A DNA stretch of 63,605 nucleotides, filler included, from Octopus bimaculoides (taxonomy: Eukaryota): assembly GCF_001194135.2 (NCBI RefSeq). It is 7 parts of 7 records of this genome, joined end to end, with 100 filler letters (N's around TTAATTAATTAA, not from the genome) between each part and the next. Parts side by side here need not be neighbours in the genome. Positions count along the whole stretch, not along the records: positions 1 to 5,700 come from NW_026367639.1; positions 5,801 to 27,095 come from NC_068983.1; 5 more parts are not named here. One strand, 5' to 3'. The number at the start of each line of letters is the position of its first letter. Position 1 is the first letter of the stretch. The translations under genes and the position numbers were made by a program. A model generated the notes under the pieces. That model saw nothing but the letters and a program-made list of their open reading frames with translations. It did no database searches and was not told where the DNA came from. Shown here piece by piece: positions 1 to 11,557 of this stretch.

Positions 1-43
<43 letters not shown>

Positions 44-501
44 AATACGATGATCACATGCTATGCACGTTCTTTCCAAGCACTGTTGTAAACAGTTAAA
101 ATGAAGTAAAATGTTAAATCTTTCTGCACATGCATAGCAGAGTCTAATGTCAATCTGTGCCACACCCCTTCACTCTGTATGCTTTAGTTTTGTTACTATA
201 GCAACTGTCCGGATACTTATTGATCAGACCGTGTATGTATAGAAATAAATGTGTGTGACAAGTTTCCACATGTTTTCTGTACCAATCTCTTTATAGAGTA
301 TATGTATATGTAACAGGAATTGACATGTTTGAGAGAAAACTTTCTATTAGAAATTACACTCGTAATCAAGGATTGCTGATGAAGACAAAAAGACGTTGCA
401 GAGTATATGCTAGTGAAATTGTGTCTGTAAAAAGATTTTGGCTTAGTCCTCTAGTAAATATATTGTATGTTACAAGAAATTCCAGCCAGGAATAAATCTT
501 C

Positions 502-2080
502 AAAGTTGGTGAGATTAATCTTGGCTAAATGAAAGATAGTTGCAGGGAGATATTAGGGATATGTAGTCGTGTGGTCTGTGTAACGGAAGTGAGATGGAGT
601 TGAACCCTCAATCAGAATCTTCACTGGCAAGGAAAATGGATATATATTCTGCATTGAAGAAGATGGAGTAGGCATACAATTGGCGGTGAAATGGACAGAT
701 CAAGTGCTTGTGGTGGTCAGAGTATGTGGTTGAATAATTAAGTTTAGGCTAGTTGCAGGTAATATGGTAACAACTGTGAGTCTTATTGTAGTCACAATCA
801 AGAATGACAGATAAGTAAAAATATATTTTCTATGAGCTGTTCTTGCAGGACCACAGCAAATAGCTAATGGCTCTAATGACTGATCTTTTCATTACAGCTG
901 GTGGCTTTAATGCATTTGTTGATCAGCAATAGGGCTTCTACTATAAATGGAGGCTTTGGGTAGATTGCAAGAAAAAAGAGGTGTCTAGGCTATTGGAATT
1001 TTATAATGCAAACTGCAACAACTTCTGAAACCATCTAGCTGTCATATCACCTGCAGCTCCCTGGGCTAACTGACTCCTCACTCATTAGGAAATGCGGCAG
1101 ACTAATGAATGATTCAGAGTCAACATTAGAGAAAGGATTTCATGGACCCAGTGGTATGTGCTAAACAGAAGGAAAGTCCCCCTGCTATATGTAACTTACT
1201 AAAAGTATTGCTGTGAACCACAAACTTTATCTAGGGATGGAGCAAGATTCTAGTCGAAAGAAGGGGGACATGGTGGTTAGTGGTGCAATGGTTAGAAGAA
1301 AGCCACAAAAGCTAAGAGAGAGAGAGAGAGAGCTGAAAAACTAAGGAGCTACAAATATTCTTTAGTCACAAAAGAAACTTGATGTTGGATATATTTAACA
1401 AGGAGACCACCTAAAACCAAAATTTACCAATATTCCATGTCATTTGAACCAAAGGCATGAAGTGTTTTCAATTGCAGTATTAGGCTATACTCTCGAATAG
1501 TTTATATGTAAAGATAATTGCACATTCACCCTCACAGACACTGCAAAGAAAGAAAACTGGAAATGCTACTATTTGTGATTTTTTAATAAGGAGAATATGT
1601 CAGAGAGAGAGAGGGAGGGAGAAAGGAACTACTCCAAAGTAGATCCAATTGAGATCCAGACATTAACAGTATTTGGCAAAGTAGGACACAATGGTTTCTC
1701 CATCCAAACTCTACAATATCGTGCAAAGGCAAGAAGCAATAATAGAGGCATCAGATTGATGAATAAAGTTTTTTAAATGCCAGAGATTTATTGGCTGAGC
1801 ATATCAGGGCAAACATTATTTTAAAGGATATGCAACTGGGGTTTGTATCAGCACTGAATACTACTAATGTCCTCTTGTTAGAGAGAGAAAGTTGACCAGG
1901 AGAAGGCGTTTTGCAAGATATAATATCATGAAATCTAGTTGTCACTTAGACAATGGAATGTAGATGAATGGCCTGTGTGAGTTAATATAAGCCGCATACA
2001 GAAATGTTGTTATAAAAATGAGATTTAGCAATGTTAAAAATTGAGAAAGCAGGTGTCCAAAAAGGCTTAGATCTGAGCCA
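502..2080 (+). mobile_element. Highly decayed RTE-clade LINE: APE endonuclease and reverse transcriptase remnants
   Basis: Manual translation gives KVGEINLG*MK...VCVTEVRW, IRIFTGKENGY...GVGIQLAVKWTDQVLVVVRVCG*IIKFRLVAGNMVTTV, TAGGFNAFV and RLLEFYNAN (APE-like). Further on are IRANIILKDMQLGFV, SLRQWNVDEW and GVQKGLDLSHL (RT-like; cf. MQFGF and GVHQGSVLSP). Many stops and frameshifts. Confidence 0.7.
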
Positions 2081-2247
2081 TCTCTGCTATAGTAGATTTC
2101 CACCTATGAAGAATATTTAAGAATTGTGTTACTTTTTCTTAAGATAATCAGTACTGTGTTATTGAAATTAATAACAATGAATTTATCTAATATATATCCC
2201 ACATATATTATCTATTAATCTTCCTTTTTTTTGTTTGTTATTTTCAG

Positions 2248-2287
2248 GAAAATTTGAAAAGAAAAGTGAAATGTCCAATGAAGCCAA
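2248..2287 (+). other. Candidate 40-nt internal exon of an unidentified host gene
   Basis: Strong acceptor (ttccttttttttgtttgttattttcAG) and a GTAAAT donor. Two open frames: ENLKRKVKCPMKP or KFEKKSEMSNEA. No homology recognised. Confidence 0.35.
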
Positions 2288-2369
2288 GTAAATATTTTAA
2301 ATTCTATATTACTTTTATTACACTGGATGCAAAATGTTAAATTGTCAATATATATAACTTGCTTTTATA

Positions 2370-2735
2370 GGCACATGTGTGGCTGTGTGGTAAGAAGTTG
2401 GCTTCTAAACCACATGGTTCTGAGTTCAGTTCCACTGTGTAGCACCTTGGACAAGTGTCTTCTACTATAGCCTTGGGTCAACCAAAGCTTTGTGAGTGAA
2501 TTTGGTAGAAGCCCGTCATATATGTATATCAATCTTTGCATCTGTGTTTGTTCCCCACTGCTACTTGACAACTGATGTTTGTCTCTCTAACTTAGCAGTC
2601 CAACAAAAGAGACCAATAGAATAAGTACTAGACTTCAAAAAATAATAAATCCTGGGATCGGTTCATTCAACTAAAAGTTTTCGGGACAATGTCCCAGAAT
2701 GAATGCAGTGAAGCAAAAGATAAAACATAAAAGAT
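2370..2735 (+). mobile_element. tRNA-derived SINE, family S1
   Basis: A-box-like TGGCTGTGTGG, B-box-like GAGTTCAGTTCC, then accttggacaagtgtctt. Homologous to 5335-5645, 46240-46393 and 52150-52332. Confidence 0.75.
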
Positions 2736-3034
2736 TTAAGACAAGTTCTAGAGTGTAATTTCATATTTAGGGTGCTAACAGAAGCACATTTCCATAAAAC
2801 TAGTAATTCTTTCTAATGTTGTTTGCTTCACTTAGCATCTCCATTCTTTCCTACAATTTTGATCCCCATCCATCAACATTTAGAATGGAAAGTGATTTTG
2901 TTTTTTGGGTTTTTTTAAAAACTTTCTTTGCTATTTTCTTTGCTTTGCTATATGCATGGATGCTTTTCTATTGTTGGGAAATTAGCTTTTGTACTTTCAT
3001 TCTCTTGATATTTGTTTACCAAACATTTCTACAG

Positions 3035-3870
3035 TTTAAGTGGAAACTGCATTTAGATTGCCACACTTGTAAATATCAGGCAAGCATTCAATCTAAAGGC
3101 TTCAGTATAAATCCACTTGATGACCATGTGGCCAGTAGTTTCAATATAGATCCACTTGATGACTATGTGGTCTCTGATTTCAATACAGTCAGTGACCACA
3201 TGGTCAGTGATTTTGGCTAAAATTCACTTGACCATCTGGTCAGTAGTTTCAATATAAAGTCACTTGATGTCCAAGTGGTCTGTGGACATCAGTGTCAGTT
3301 TAATGTTCCTTTTGTTAGTGACCCAATTATCTCAACTTACCATTATTGTACTTCAATCCATTTCTGAAATAATATTCTTCTCTCATAATTAAATTAAGCC
3401 TCGAAGATATCTAATTAACTCACAAACACTCCAGACTGTAGTGAAGAAGTTGTTCCTTTTTAAATTGATAAAATATGGCTCCTTTAGTTTTCTTTTTTGT
3501 CCCTTAATGAAGAATTTTAAGCTATTATTAAAATGAAAACTCTCTGTTTACTTGTTAAAGTCAAGAGCAACTTTTGAATTTTATTTGTGTTTATTGCATT
3601 TGATTTCATATTCAATGTTTACCAGGTTTAATTAAAATTCTGTAAGTCTCCATTTTAATGAAACACTACACAATTACTGTTATGGATTGCAGTAAACAAA
3701 CTTACTGTAAACCTGAATGCACATTCAACAGTTTAGGTAATGATGCTAACACAATAGCAAAACCACTTTCTGCTTGTTATACTCTATATTTTCCTAACTG
3801 AAGTGCAAGGTAACAAACATAAATTGAGAAAATTCTCAAAAATAAAATTAATAACAAATCTAATTCTGTG
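3035..3870 (+). other. Candidate 3' terminal exon / 3' UTR
   Basis: Acceptor ccaaacatttctacAG at 3033-3034. Splicing from 2287 gives an early stop in either open frame (...KPI* or ...EANLSGNCI*). AATAAA at 3841-3846. Confidence 0.25.
3101..3286. repeat. Degenerate ~39-bp minisatellite, 5 units
   Basis: Units begin at 3101, 3140 and 3179 (ttca[g/a]tata.atccacttgatgac.atgtgg...). Unit lengths 39, 39, 33, 36 and 39 bp. Confidence 0.8.
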
Positions 3871-4974
3871 TATTTCCATATATTTGTAGTTTATGTAGTT
3901 TTCTTTTTTACTCTTAGTAGTTAAAATAAAGTAGAATTTCTGAATAAATTACTTATTTATAAGGTTTTGGTGAGTTTTTTTTACTTCCCTTAACTATACC
4001 TGACAAATTCATTTTCTTTTCTAATGAGTTTGTTATGTTTACTACTTTTATATAACTTTTTACATTCATCATCACTGTCATCATAACAACTTTTCAAAGC
4101 TGGTTCTCTATAGCTATGCTCTGGATCTCAGCTTATTTACAAGAATGGAAATACAGTTTTCTCTCATGAAGTTATGTTTTAAATACTGCATCCTTTTCTC
4201 CCTCTTCACCTCTTTGTTATAACTTTTTTTGAAAAAGCACTATTTTATGTATCCTCTAATTTGTTGTCTCATGTATCCAAAGTTAATTATAGCTCATTTT
4301 ATTGTGTACCTTTGTCTAACTCCACCTCTTTTTTCCTGTACCTAACTCTACTTGTTTTTACTATGTTCATTCATGTAACTCTGTCTCCCCTGTCCTTTCT
4401 TACCTTCTGTACGTAGCTCTAACTTTACTGCACTATTGTCTAGCAATACCTCATACACCTTTGTAATCCATATATATTTCTTCATCTAAGACCAGTCATC
4501 TTTCAGTCATCAACATGAAGTAGCTAACTAACTAAATTAGGCTTTGGACTTAGAAAAACATGGTTTATCTCAGTATTGGGGTTACTTTATGTCCGTACCC
4601 ATGAGACGTAGCACTCAACAGCTCAGCTTTCAACAACAACAGTCAGGAATGCTTCACTCTATCTTTGGAAAAAGTGCTCAGTGTTGAATTTTAGTCTCTC
4701 CTAAAAATGTGGCTGGTTCTGAGAGAGAGAGAGAGAGAGAGATGTTTCCTGTATTAATTATTCTAATAAATGTGTTTCCACCACCATGATGTAATGAATT
4801 CCATAAATTAGAAATATGTATTTTCCTTGGTAATACATCTAGTCCTAAAAGTATATTGCTATTTCCACAAACACATGCACTCACACATATATTATATTAA
4901 GATTAATGCCACATTAAGCAATTAGTCAAGAATGCATTTCTTCCCTTTCTTTATTTACTTTTCTTAGTTTTGCA

Positions 4975-5180
4975 AGTTATTGGGTGACCTCACTCATACT
5001 GGTGTCATGAAAAGAGTACCCAATGCACAGTGGTTAATGTTAGGAAGGGTATCCAGCCATAGAAACCTGTCCAAAGCTGACATTATGGTCTGATGAAGCT
5101 CTGCAGCTCAATAGGTCATGTCAACCCATTCTAAGGCATGCCACCATGTAAAAGAGCTTTCAAATGATGATGGTGATGTA
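4975..5180 (+). mobile_element. Retroposon 3' fragment ending in a (GAT)n tail
   Basis: aaaagagtacccaatg...ttaggaagggtatccagccatagaaacc...aaatgatgatggtgatg. The short-repeat tail is typical of RTE-type LINEs and their SINEs. Family assignment is from recall only. Confidence 0.45.
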
Positions 5181-5334
5181 CATGCATGTGTATATAATAT
5201 ACATTTATATATGCATAAATAGGTATGTATGTATATGCATGTGTATGTACATATATATATATGTATGTATATACATGAGTGTGTGTGTGTGTGTATATGC
5301 ATCTATATGATTATATCTTTTATCTTTTTCACTC

Positions 5335-5645
5335 ATAGGACTCTGGTCATGCTGGGGTACCACCTTGAAGGGTTTACTGGATGAATTGGCTCCACTACTT
5401 ACTTTTTAAGCATAGAACTTATTGTCAGTCTGTTTTGCCAAACAGATAAGTGAAGCATTGTATGTGTGGAGATACACATGCAAACAAAAATGCATGCACA
5501 TAGATATATACATATATATGTGGTGTTTTTATCAGTTAGATCTACAGACTAGGGTTTGGCTGGCCTAGGGATAATGGAAAAGGCACTTAGACAAGGTGCT
5601 ACGCAGTAGGACTGAACGTGGTGCCATAGGATTGAGAAGCTCTGT
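5335..5645 (-). mobile_element. SINE family S1, diverged copy
   Basis: The reverse complement aligns with 2370-2735 (ttcagtcctactgcgtagcaccttg...ccaaa...taagttctatgctt). Confidence 0.6.
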
Positions 5646-5700
5646 ATGTATATATATATATATATTTGTGTTTATGTATATATATATATGTGTGTGTGTG

Positions 5701-5800
5701 NNNNNNNNNNNNNNNNNNNNNNNNNNNNNNNNNNNNNNNNNNNNTTAATTAATTAANNNNNNNNNNNNNNNNNNNNNNNNNNNNNNNNNNNNNNNNNNNN
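5701..5800. other. Artificial 100-bp scaffold spacer (44 N + TTAATTAATTAA + 44 N)
   Basis: The identical construct recurs at 27096-27195, 43975-44074, 46421-46520, 53739-53838 and 62202-62301. The 12-mer has stops in all six frames. Confidence 0.95.
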
Positions 5801-6666
5801 AATACTGGGCTAAACTAAATGCGAAAGATATAGACAGAGAAAAATCTCAGCAATGGATGAGAAGCTCAGGACTCAAAGCAGAGACTGAAAGATTTTTAAT
5901 TGCTGCACAAGACCAAAGCCTCCCCACCAGAAATTACCAAAAACACATAATGAAAAGAAATATAACAAGTAACTGTAGAATATGTGGAGATGGAGAAGAA
6001 ACAATAAATCATATTATTTCTGGCTGCCCAGTCCTGGCTAATAAGGAATATATTCACAGACATGATAGAGCTTGGACCTATATACACTGGAAGCTATGCC
6101 AACACTATGGAATAACAACAGAAAAAAAGATGGTGTAAACACATGCCAGAAAAGGTCACAGAAAACGAGAAAGCAACCATATTCTGGGATGTACCTATAC
6201 ACACAGATAGAACAATTAAGGCAAATAGACCAGATATAGTTGTCAAAGATCATGAAGAAGAAAAATGCTTTCTAATTGATGTATCAATACCAGCAGATGA
6301 CAACGTTTCTCTAAAAGAAATGGAAAAACTTTCAAAATACAACGACCTGGAAATAGAGATAACTCGAATGTGGAATCTAAAAACAGAAACATTTCCTACC
6401 ATAGTAGGTACCTTAGGTATAATAAAAAAATATTCAGACAAATACACAACAAAACACCAGGACTTACAAATATATATAACATACAGAAAATTGCACTACT
6501 GGGTACTGCACACATTCTACGCAAAACACTTTCAATACAGTAAACATAAGAGCACCCCAGCAAACCACTGCACATACCCAAGGCGCACAGAGCTGCGCTC
6601 GGTAGTGAAGTGAAAGCACGTTATAAAAATAAAACTACTGAACAACAATAATAATAATAATAATAA
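5801..6666 (+). mobile_element. R4/Dong-like RLE non-LTR retrotransposon 3' end, subfamily A, frameshifted
   Basis: FLIAAQDQSLPT, CCHC knuckle CRICGDGEETINHIISGC, RHD, RLE motif RPDIVV...LIDVSIP...EKLSKY, then a 3' UTR and an (AAT)n tail at ~6644-6666. Confidence 0.9.
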
Positions 6667-6774
6667 AAAGTTCCTACATTTATAACTGTAAGAAATGAAA
6701 ATGATAATGTCATCATAGTAATGTTTTTAGCTATACGTTTAAGTAAAATATATCAGATAATATATATTACACAT

Positions 6775-7100
6775 AAACGACCTGGCATATGTCTTAGGTG
6801 AAGGATTAGAAACTATATGCAATAAATAATATTCACCAAGACGAGAGTGTTCAAGTGTATAGCAATGATATTAATAAAGACTTATGAGTGTGGGAAATGT
6901 ATCAGAAGCGATATGAATAGATTACTGCGAAGCCTGGAAATGTGTCAAGATAACTTTAAAGAGAAAAATTCAGGAAACATACAATAAACTACGAGATCAG
7001 CTATACGATGAGCTTCTCTGTGGATTTGATCTTAGGTTTAGCTGATAAATGAATCATTCTAGGAGTAAATGCTTCCACCCTATATCCGACATGAACATAT
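6775..7100 (+). mobile_element. Possible very decayed LINE RT remnant
   Basis: DLAYVLGEGLETICNK and LYDELLCGFDLRFS resemble early RT motifs. Weak. Confidence 0.25.
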
Positions 7101-7479
7101 TTAATCGGCGTATTTCTCCACAACACAGATACTTATGTAAGGGACACAAGAAATATCCTGAAGATGTAACATTATCAAAATCACAATTTGGATATGAACG
7201 AAAAAAGACAATGTTATAAATGAGTTGCAAGATTATTCAGATTAGAAATAGGTGCTTACAACTGTAACTATTATGCAGCGATACAATATCTGTAGCAGGA
7301 ATGAGTTATACAAAAAGAGATTCACTGGAGAATATGTCTGAAAGTTATATAGTAGTAGTTAATATTAGGGCAAATAGCAAGCATAGCTGAGTATATTTAG
7401 AAGAGAAACGTAGTTTAACAGTATCCAGATGTTATTTTATATGACGACAATTAAAATAGAATATTGCAATTTTAAATTT

Positions 7480-8460
7480 TCAGATGACCAATCTGTGTTC
7501 AGACTGTCTTTGTACAAGGGCCATCCGAACACCCGCCTTCACCGTGAACAAGATTCAATCTTCTCTCTTTGCTCCTTTGCGCTACATGGGCTCAACTCCC
7601 CTCCTCTCTTCATCTGACATTTACATCCTCTATTCACTCCTCCCTACTTTCTCTGTTCATTGATACCACAATCTCCGCCCAGCCCACCCATATCTCCCCC
7701 ATACCCACTCTCACCCAACTCCCTACCCCCATACCAGCACTCAACATCCCAGTTCCACACCATACCCCACACCACACCACCACCTCACCACCCTGCACTA
7801 CTCCACACACACTAGCACTGACTACTTCCCAGAAGCCACACAGCACACCATCATCCGCACCCCCACACACCATCATCCACACACCCACACACAATATTCA
7901 ATAGCGTCATAGAACTATGTGGGTATGACTATACCACTATATGGGCAGCAACATGGTACACACACACACATCCTAGCACTGATCACTTCCTAGCACCCAC
8001 ACTAAACACCATCATCCAAACACCCACGCACAATCTTCAATAGCATCAACACGGATACCACATGTTACAGACGCACATAGATACGTACGCATACACGTCA
8101 AAGTCACTACCCCCTATCCACACACACAAACACGCTTATACATTCTCCCATACACAGACACGCACGCGCACCATCGTTTTGGGATCACCAATATTTTATT
8201 ATCCCCATTTCTTTCAGCCTCTTTTTCAAACGTTTTTCTAATCAGTAGCCAGGTTTGACCGCTAAATCCGCAATGTGTCTTTTTTTAAATTCTCTCTCTG
8301 TTTATTTTCTCTCATTCCTTTCTGTTCAAGAGCATATGCTCGAAATGTAAAAGACTTCTTCACTTTCCCGAGCGCCAAACTAATACACCTGCTTGTTATT
8401 CATACGCCTGTCTTCATCTTTTGTTTTTCTATAAATTTTTCTAAAATTTTTTCAACCAAT
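7480..8460 (+). mobile_element. 5'-truncated Penelope-like element (GIY-YIG C-terminus, C/A-rich 3' region, terminal repeat)
   Basis: RLHREQDSIFSLCSFALHGLN matches the PLE GIY-YIG C-terminal RxxREQxxIFxLxSxxPxGLN pattern. The terminus gagcatatgctcgaaatgtaaaagacttc is homologous to 51141-51170. Confidence 0.7.
8318..8353 (+). ncRNA. Degenerate minimal type I hammerhead-ribozyme-like motif
   Basis: Helix I CTTT/AAAG, core CTGTTCA (canonical CTGANGA), helix II GAGC-atat-GCTC, GAAA, then ATGT (ACGT with CpG decay) and A at the cleavage position. Confidence 0.45.
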
Positions 8461-8528
8461 GTGTGCGTGTGCATGTATGTATATATGTATGCATTTGTTA
8501 TATATATGAATGTATGTATGTATGTATA

Positions 8529-8562
<34 letters not shown>

Positions 8563-8652
8563 CATATGTATATATTCATAGATATGTTTTAATGTATCTA
8601 TAAATATGTACATGTAAATATGTATGTGCACATATATATGTATACATATATA

Positions 8653-8721
<69 letters not shown>

Positions 8722-9068
8722 TTGTGTGTACGTGCGCGTGTGTATGTGTGTGTGCGTGTGTGCGTGTGTGTGCGCGTGTGTATTATGCTATATATATTTC
8801 AATAGATGTTTTTGTGTATATATCCGAAACGAAAACTACAAGGACAGCATATACTGTGTAAACGTATTTTACTCCAAAAGCAAGGACGCACTCACCCAGC
8901 ACCCACAACAGGATATTTTCTGTGTATAAGAAGTTCGTAATATAGAAATATAGACCGTGCTGACGTATATTTGTACAATAATTATGCTTGTTTTAGTCTC
9001 CGATCTGCTCTGATCGTGAGGATATTTGATCAAAAATCATTTCAGTCATAACCAACATAATGTGTATA

Positions 9069-9129
<61 letters not shown>

Positions 9130-9689
9130 NNNNNNNNNNNNNNNNNNNNNNNNNNNNNNNNNNNNNNNNNNNNNNNNNNNNNNNNNNNNNNNNNNNNNNN
9201 NNNNNNNNNNNNNNNNNNNNNNNNNNNNNNNNNNNNNNNNNNNNNNNNNNNNNNNNNNNNNNNNNNNNNNNNNNNNNNNNNNNNNNNNNNNNNNNNNNNN
9301 NNNNNNNNNNNNNNNNNNNNNNNNNNNNNNNNNNNNNNNNNNNNNNNNNNNNNNNNNNNNTATGTGTATTTCTTCTATCTTAATGAATAAAAATTCTTCT
9401 GATAGAATAAATGGGTTAATAGAAACCAATGTAGCAAAGAACACAAAATAACTGTGGTTAGCTCCTGTTTTTAAGGCAGGAACTCCTTGAAATTTTGGGT
9501 ATTTGAGTATATTTAAGAATTTAAGGATTGGAGAAAACGCATGTTATAATTGCATACATAAATACACATACACAAACACACACATATACATGCATACTGA
9601 TACACACACACACACACACACACATATACATATATATATATATGCGCATATACACATACATACACATGTGCACCCGTATGTGTTGGTAT

Positions 9690-10640
9690 GTGTTGTCCAT
9701 ACATGGGTACGTATTCCGCAACCAGAGAGCTACAACAACATCAGCAGGAAGAGTAACTACTCCTGGAACACTGTTAGATACATTACATCCCACCTAGAAG
9801 GATATACCTTTGCTATCCAGGAACAAGATACAGCTAGTAAATACCTGATAAACAAGAGTAATAAATATATTACCAAACCTCCACGTTGTGACAATAAATG
9901 TCGGTTCTGGTATACCAGGGCAGAACATACCACCCACATCATCATCAGCTGCCACGAAATGCGTACAAGATACCACCTGCCCATAAGACATGATATATTT
10001 GCGAATATTATTTACAATGCTATCCGAAGGAAAGATTGCTCTGACTTACACATCAAAGGCATATCAGAACCAATATGTATTCACACCTTTAAAAACAAGG
10101 AAAACTGGTGGAACACTATAATAAAAACAACAATTCTGTGCAAACACAAGAGAGCTGATATTGCTTTGTGGAATAAGGAACAGAGACCATGCACTGTTGT
10201 AAAGGTCAGTTGCCCAGCAGATGTGAATGCACAACATTCACGTTGAGTTAATGCTTAATTTATAACTCTTGCACCTTGACTTTGAATTTTCATTTTTACT
10301 TGTCACCATAGGTGCATTATGTCATATACCAACAAATTTACACTATAACCTACAAATACTTTGTCTTTTGAAGAAAAAGAAAAAGAAATTTAAACGGATT
10401 GTCTAAATCCATTTTATTAGTGACAGAGCGAATATTTGTAAGACATTCCAAAGATTCTCCACCTGAGATTCCTTAGGTGAATACATGGACACACTTGGGT
10501 GTATGCACCTACAACTTAACCGGCAAACCAACTCAACTGCATATATAGAAACACTGTGAGCTCCCTTAACTGAAAGAGTTTTATCGGTGGCTTTGTTAGC
10601 GAGCGGTTTGAACACTTTAAGAACATAAACAAATGTCTAA
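9690..10640 (+). mobile_element. R4/Dong-like RLE retrotransposon 3' end, subfamily B-like, degraded
   Basis: IHGYV, ITSHLEGYTFAIQEQD, CRFW...THIIISC, YHLPIRHD, WWN...KRADIALWN...VKVSCPADVN. Related to 42603-43738. Confidence 0.8.
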
Positions 10641-11466
10641 GAAAACACAGACACACACACAGCCCCCACCACACACGTACACAGACACACGCATAGATAC
10701 ATACAAATTATATGTAAATGTAGTTCGAAAGAGTATTGGATGGTTCATCACACAAGAGCTTTTGACAGTAAGTTATTTAGTTCTATAAAACCGTGTTAAT
10801 GTGTGTAGAAGCACCAACGATCAATACAGAGGTCACCTCTGTAAATTGTTGGGTTGCTTGTGTGTTTTGCTTAGGAGAAGAGTTGACCTCGGTTTGCAAG
10901 CGTGTATAAAGTGAAAATAAACCTATGTCCTATCACAGCAACTAATTTATCACTGATAACTTTGTGGGGTTTGATCTGTTCACCGAGACTACACAGTGTA
11001 TGAAATTTGATACTGTCGTAATATTTAGGCACACACATATAAGATAATAACCGCATAGAAAAGCTATGTTAATATAATGATAGTAGTGGTTACACGTGTC
11101 GCATGGTTAATACATATAAAAGAAAAAATCTTATGTTTATATAATCAGATTCTTGTCATTATAGAACAATGAAACACAAGTAACAACGTTTTGACAGTTT
11201 TGTGTATTGCTCTCTAGTATGCTTTCACAGTCTTCGGGCAAAATATCTTAATGGGCTTTGTTTTTACAAATGTTAGTCTTTTTTATGCTTACAGCACTAA
11301 GCCTTTGTTATATAGACACATTCATGTCGACATGCTATAGCAGGTATACATGTAATCATATACATCGAAGCACCCGCACGCGAGGTCACACATACAAACT
11401 CGCACACATTCCCTACGCAAATTTATGTTTTATATTCTGTTCATAATTACATACATATAAATTGCG

Positions 11467-11557
<91 letters not shown>

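Noticed and set aside
2816-3034. Hydrophobic N-terminal half of the 134-aa ORF, suggesting a membrane protein
   Set aside because: It reflects T-rich sequence (Phe/Leu/Ile bias), more consistent with intron sequence upstream of the 3034 acceptor.
5745-5756. Palindromic TTAATTAATTAA recurring six times, superficially a regularly spaced repeat or binding site
   Set aside because: It is always centred in 44 N + 12 + 44 N. It is an assembler spacer with six-frame stops, and adjacency across it is uncertain.
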